DNA from: Lingula anatina
Taxonomy: Eukaryota > Animalia > Brachiopoda
Direction: 5' to 3'
NCBI GenBank assembly: GCA_051362555.1
Contig: CM120648.1
Coordinates: 4,274,587-4,338,586, forward strand
DNA length: 64,000 nucleotides
Part shown: positions 63,498-64,000 of the stretch, in pieces
How positions within the stretch are numbered: position 1 is the stretch's first letter
Layout of the letters: each line of letters opens with the position of its first letter
Notes under the pieces: model-generated
Told to the model about the DNA's origin: nothing
Database searches by the model: none
What the model saw: the letters and a program-made list of their open reading frames with translations, nothing else
Program-made: the position numbers and the translations under genes

Positions 63498-64000
63498 GTG
63501 CCCTTTTTCCTGTTTTAAACTGTGACTTGAGAATTTATCGAATGGTATTTAACCATACACTTTGTCCAGGATATTCACTTTCGTCCCTTGACCTCATCAA
63601 AAAGTCTGATATTTATATCAGACTTATCAGATATATGCTCCTCTAGCAAAAAAAAAAAAAAATTGTCAACCCTAATTAAAGCGATACAGAAGGTCGTGTC
63701 ATAAACCAATGTTTTTATTCAGCTTCTAAAAGGACTTTTATCACAGAAGAGTGTTTTGTATAGTGTTGTAGTATTTCTATGGCCACCCTGCTAGGTCGAT
63801 GATCTACAACTCACGTCCCCAGTTTACAAGATGATGGGTGGCCTAGTTGTTATGCACTATTTAAAGCAATGGTAAGGGTGACACTTTTTTTTGCTAGGGG
63901 AGTATATTATCACACAGACAAGACTGCATTGTGGCTCTGAACTTGTGTTTTAGAAGATTTTCAGAGATTTCTGATAACTTAAAATTACCTCTCATCTATC

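Noticed and set aside
1-64000. A metabolic gene cluster (ADHs, SDRs, sulfotransferase, glycosyltransferase)
   Set aside because: The enzymes belong to different compartments and pathways and are interleaved with housekeeping genes; nothing in the sequence links them.

Overview
AT-rich, intron-rich metazoan genomic DNA (invertebrate-like; taxon not assignable from sequence alone). Ten multi-exon protein-coding genes can be rebuilt by hand from GT-AG splice sites with consistent phases: two tandem Zn-dependent alcohol dehydrogenase (MDR) paralogs (+), a divergent profilin-like gene (+), a CHST15/GalNAc4S-6ST-like sulfotransferase (-), an MS4A/CD20-like four-TM protein (-), proteasome beta-1 PSMB6 (+), XXYLT1 (-), a CARD-containing initiator caspase (+), and two tandem HSD11B1L-like SDR paralogs (+; the second runs off the window). 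Introns and intergenic DNA hold many non-autonomous TIR elements (5-bp-TSD MITE, 9-bp-TSD MITE, Harbinger-like, Kolobok-like, piggyBac-like with a nested foldback, and a satellite-carrying TA-flanked element) plus microsatellites. I found no transposase, RNA gene or CRISPR array, and no clearly new biological system. The best leads are the inverted intron fragment at the ADH duplication junction, active-site-focused ADH paralog divergence, the foldback and satellite elements in the caspase introns, a duplicated splice donor in the sulfotransferase gene and the non-canonical profilin. All exon structures, counts and alignments were read by eye and need RNA-seq or alignment confirmation.
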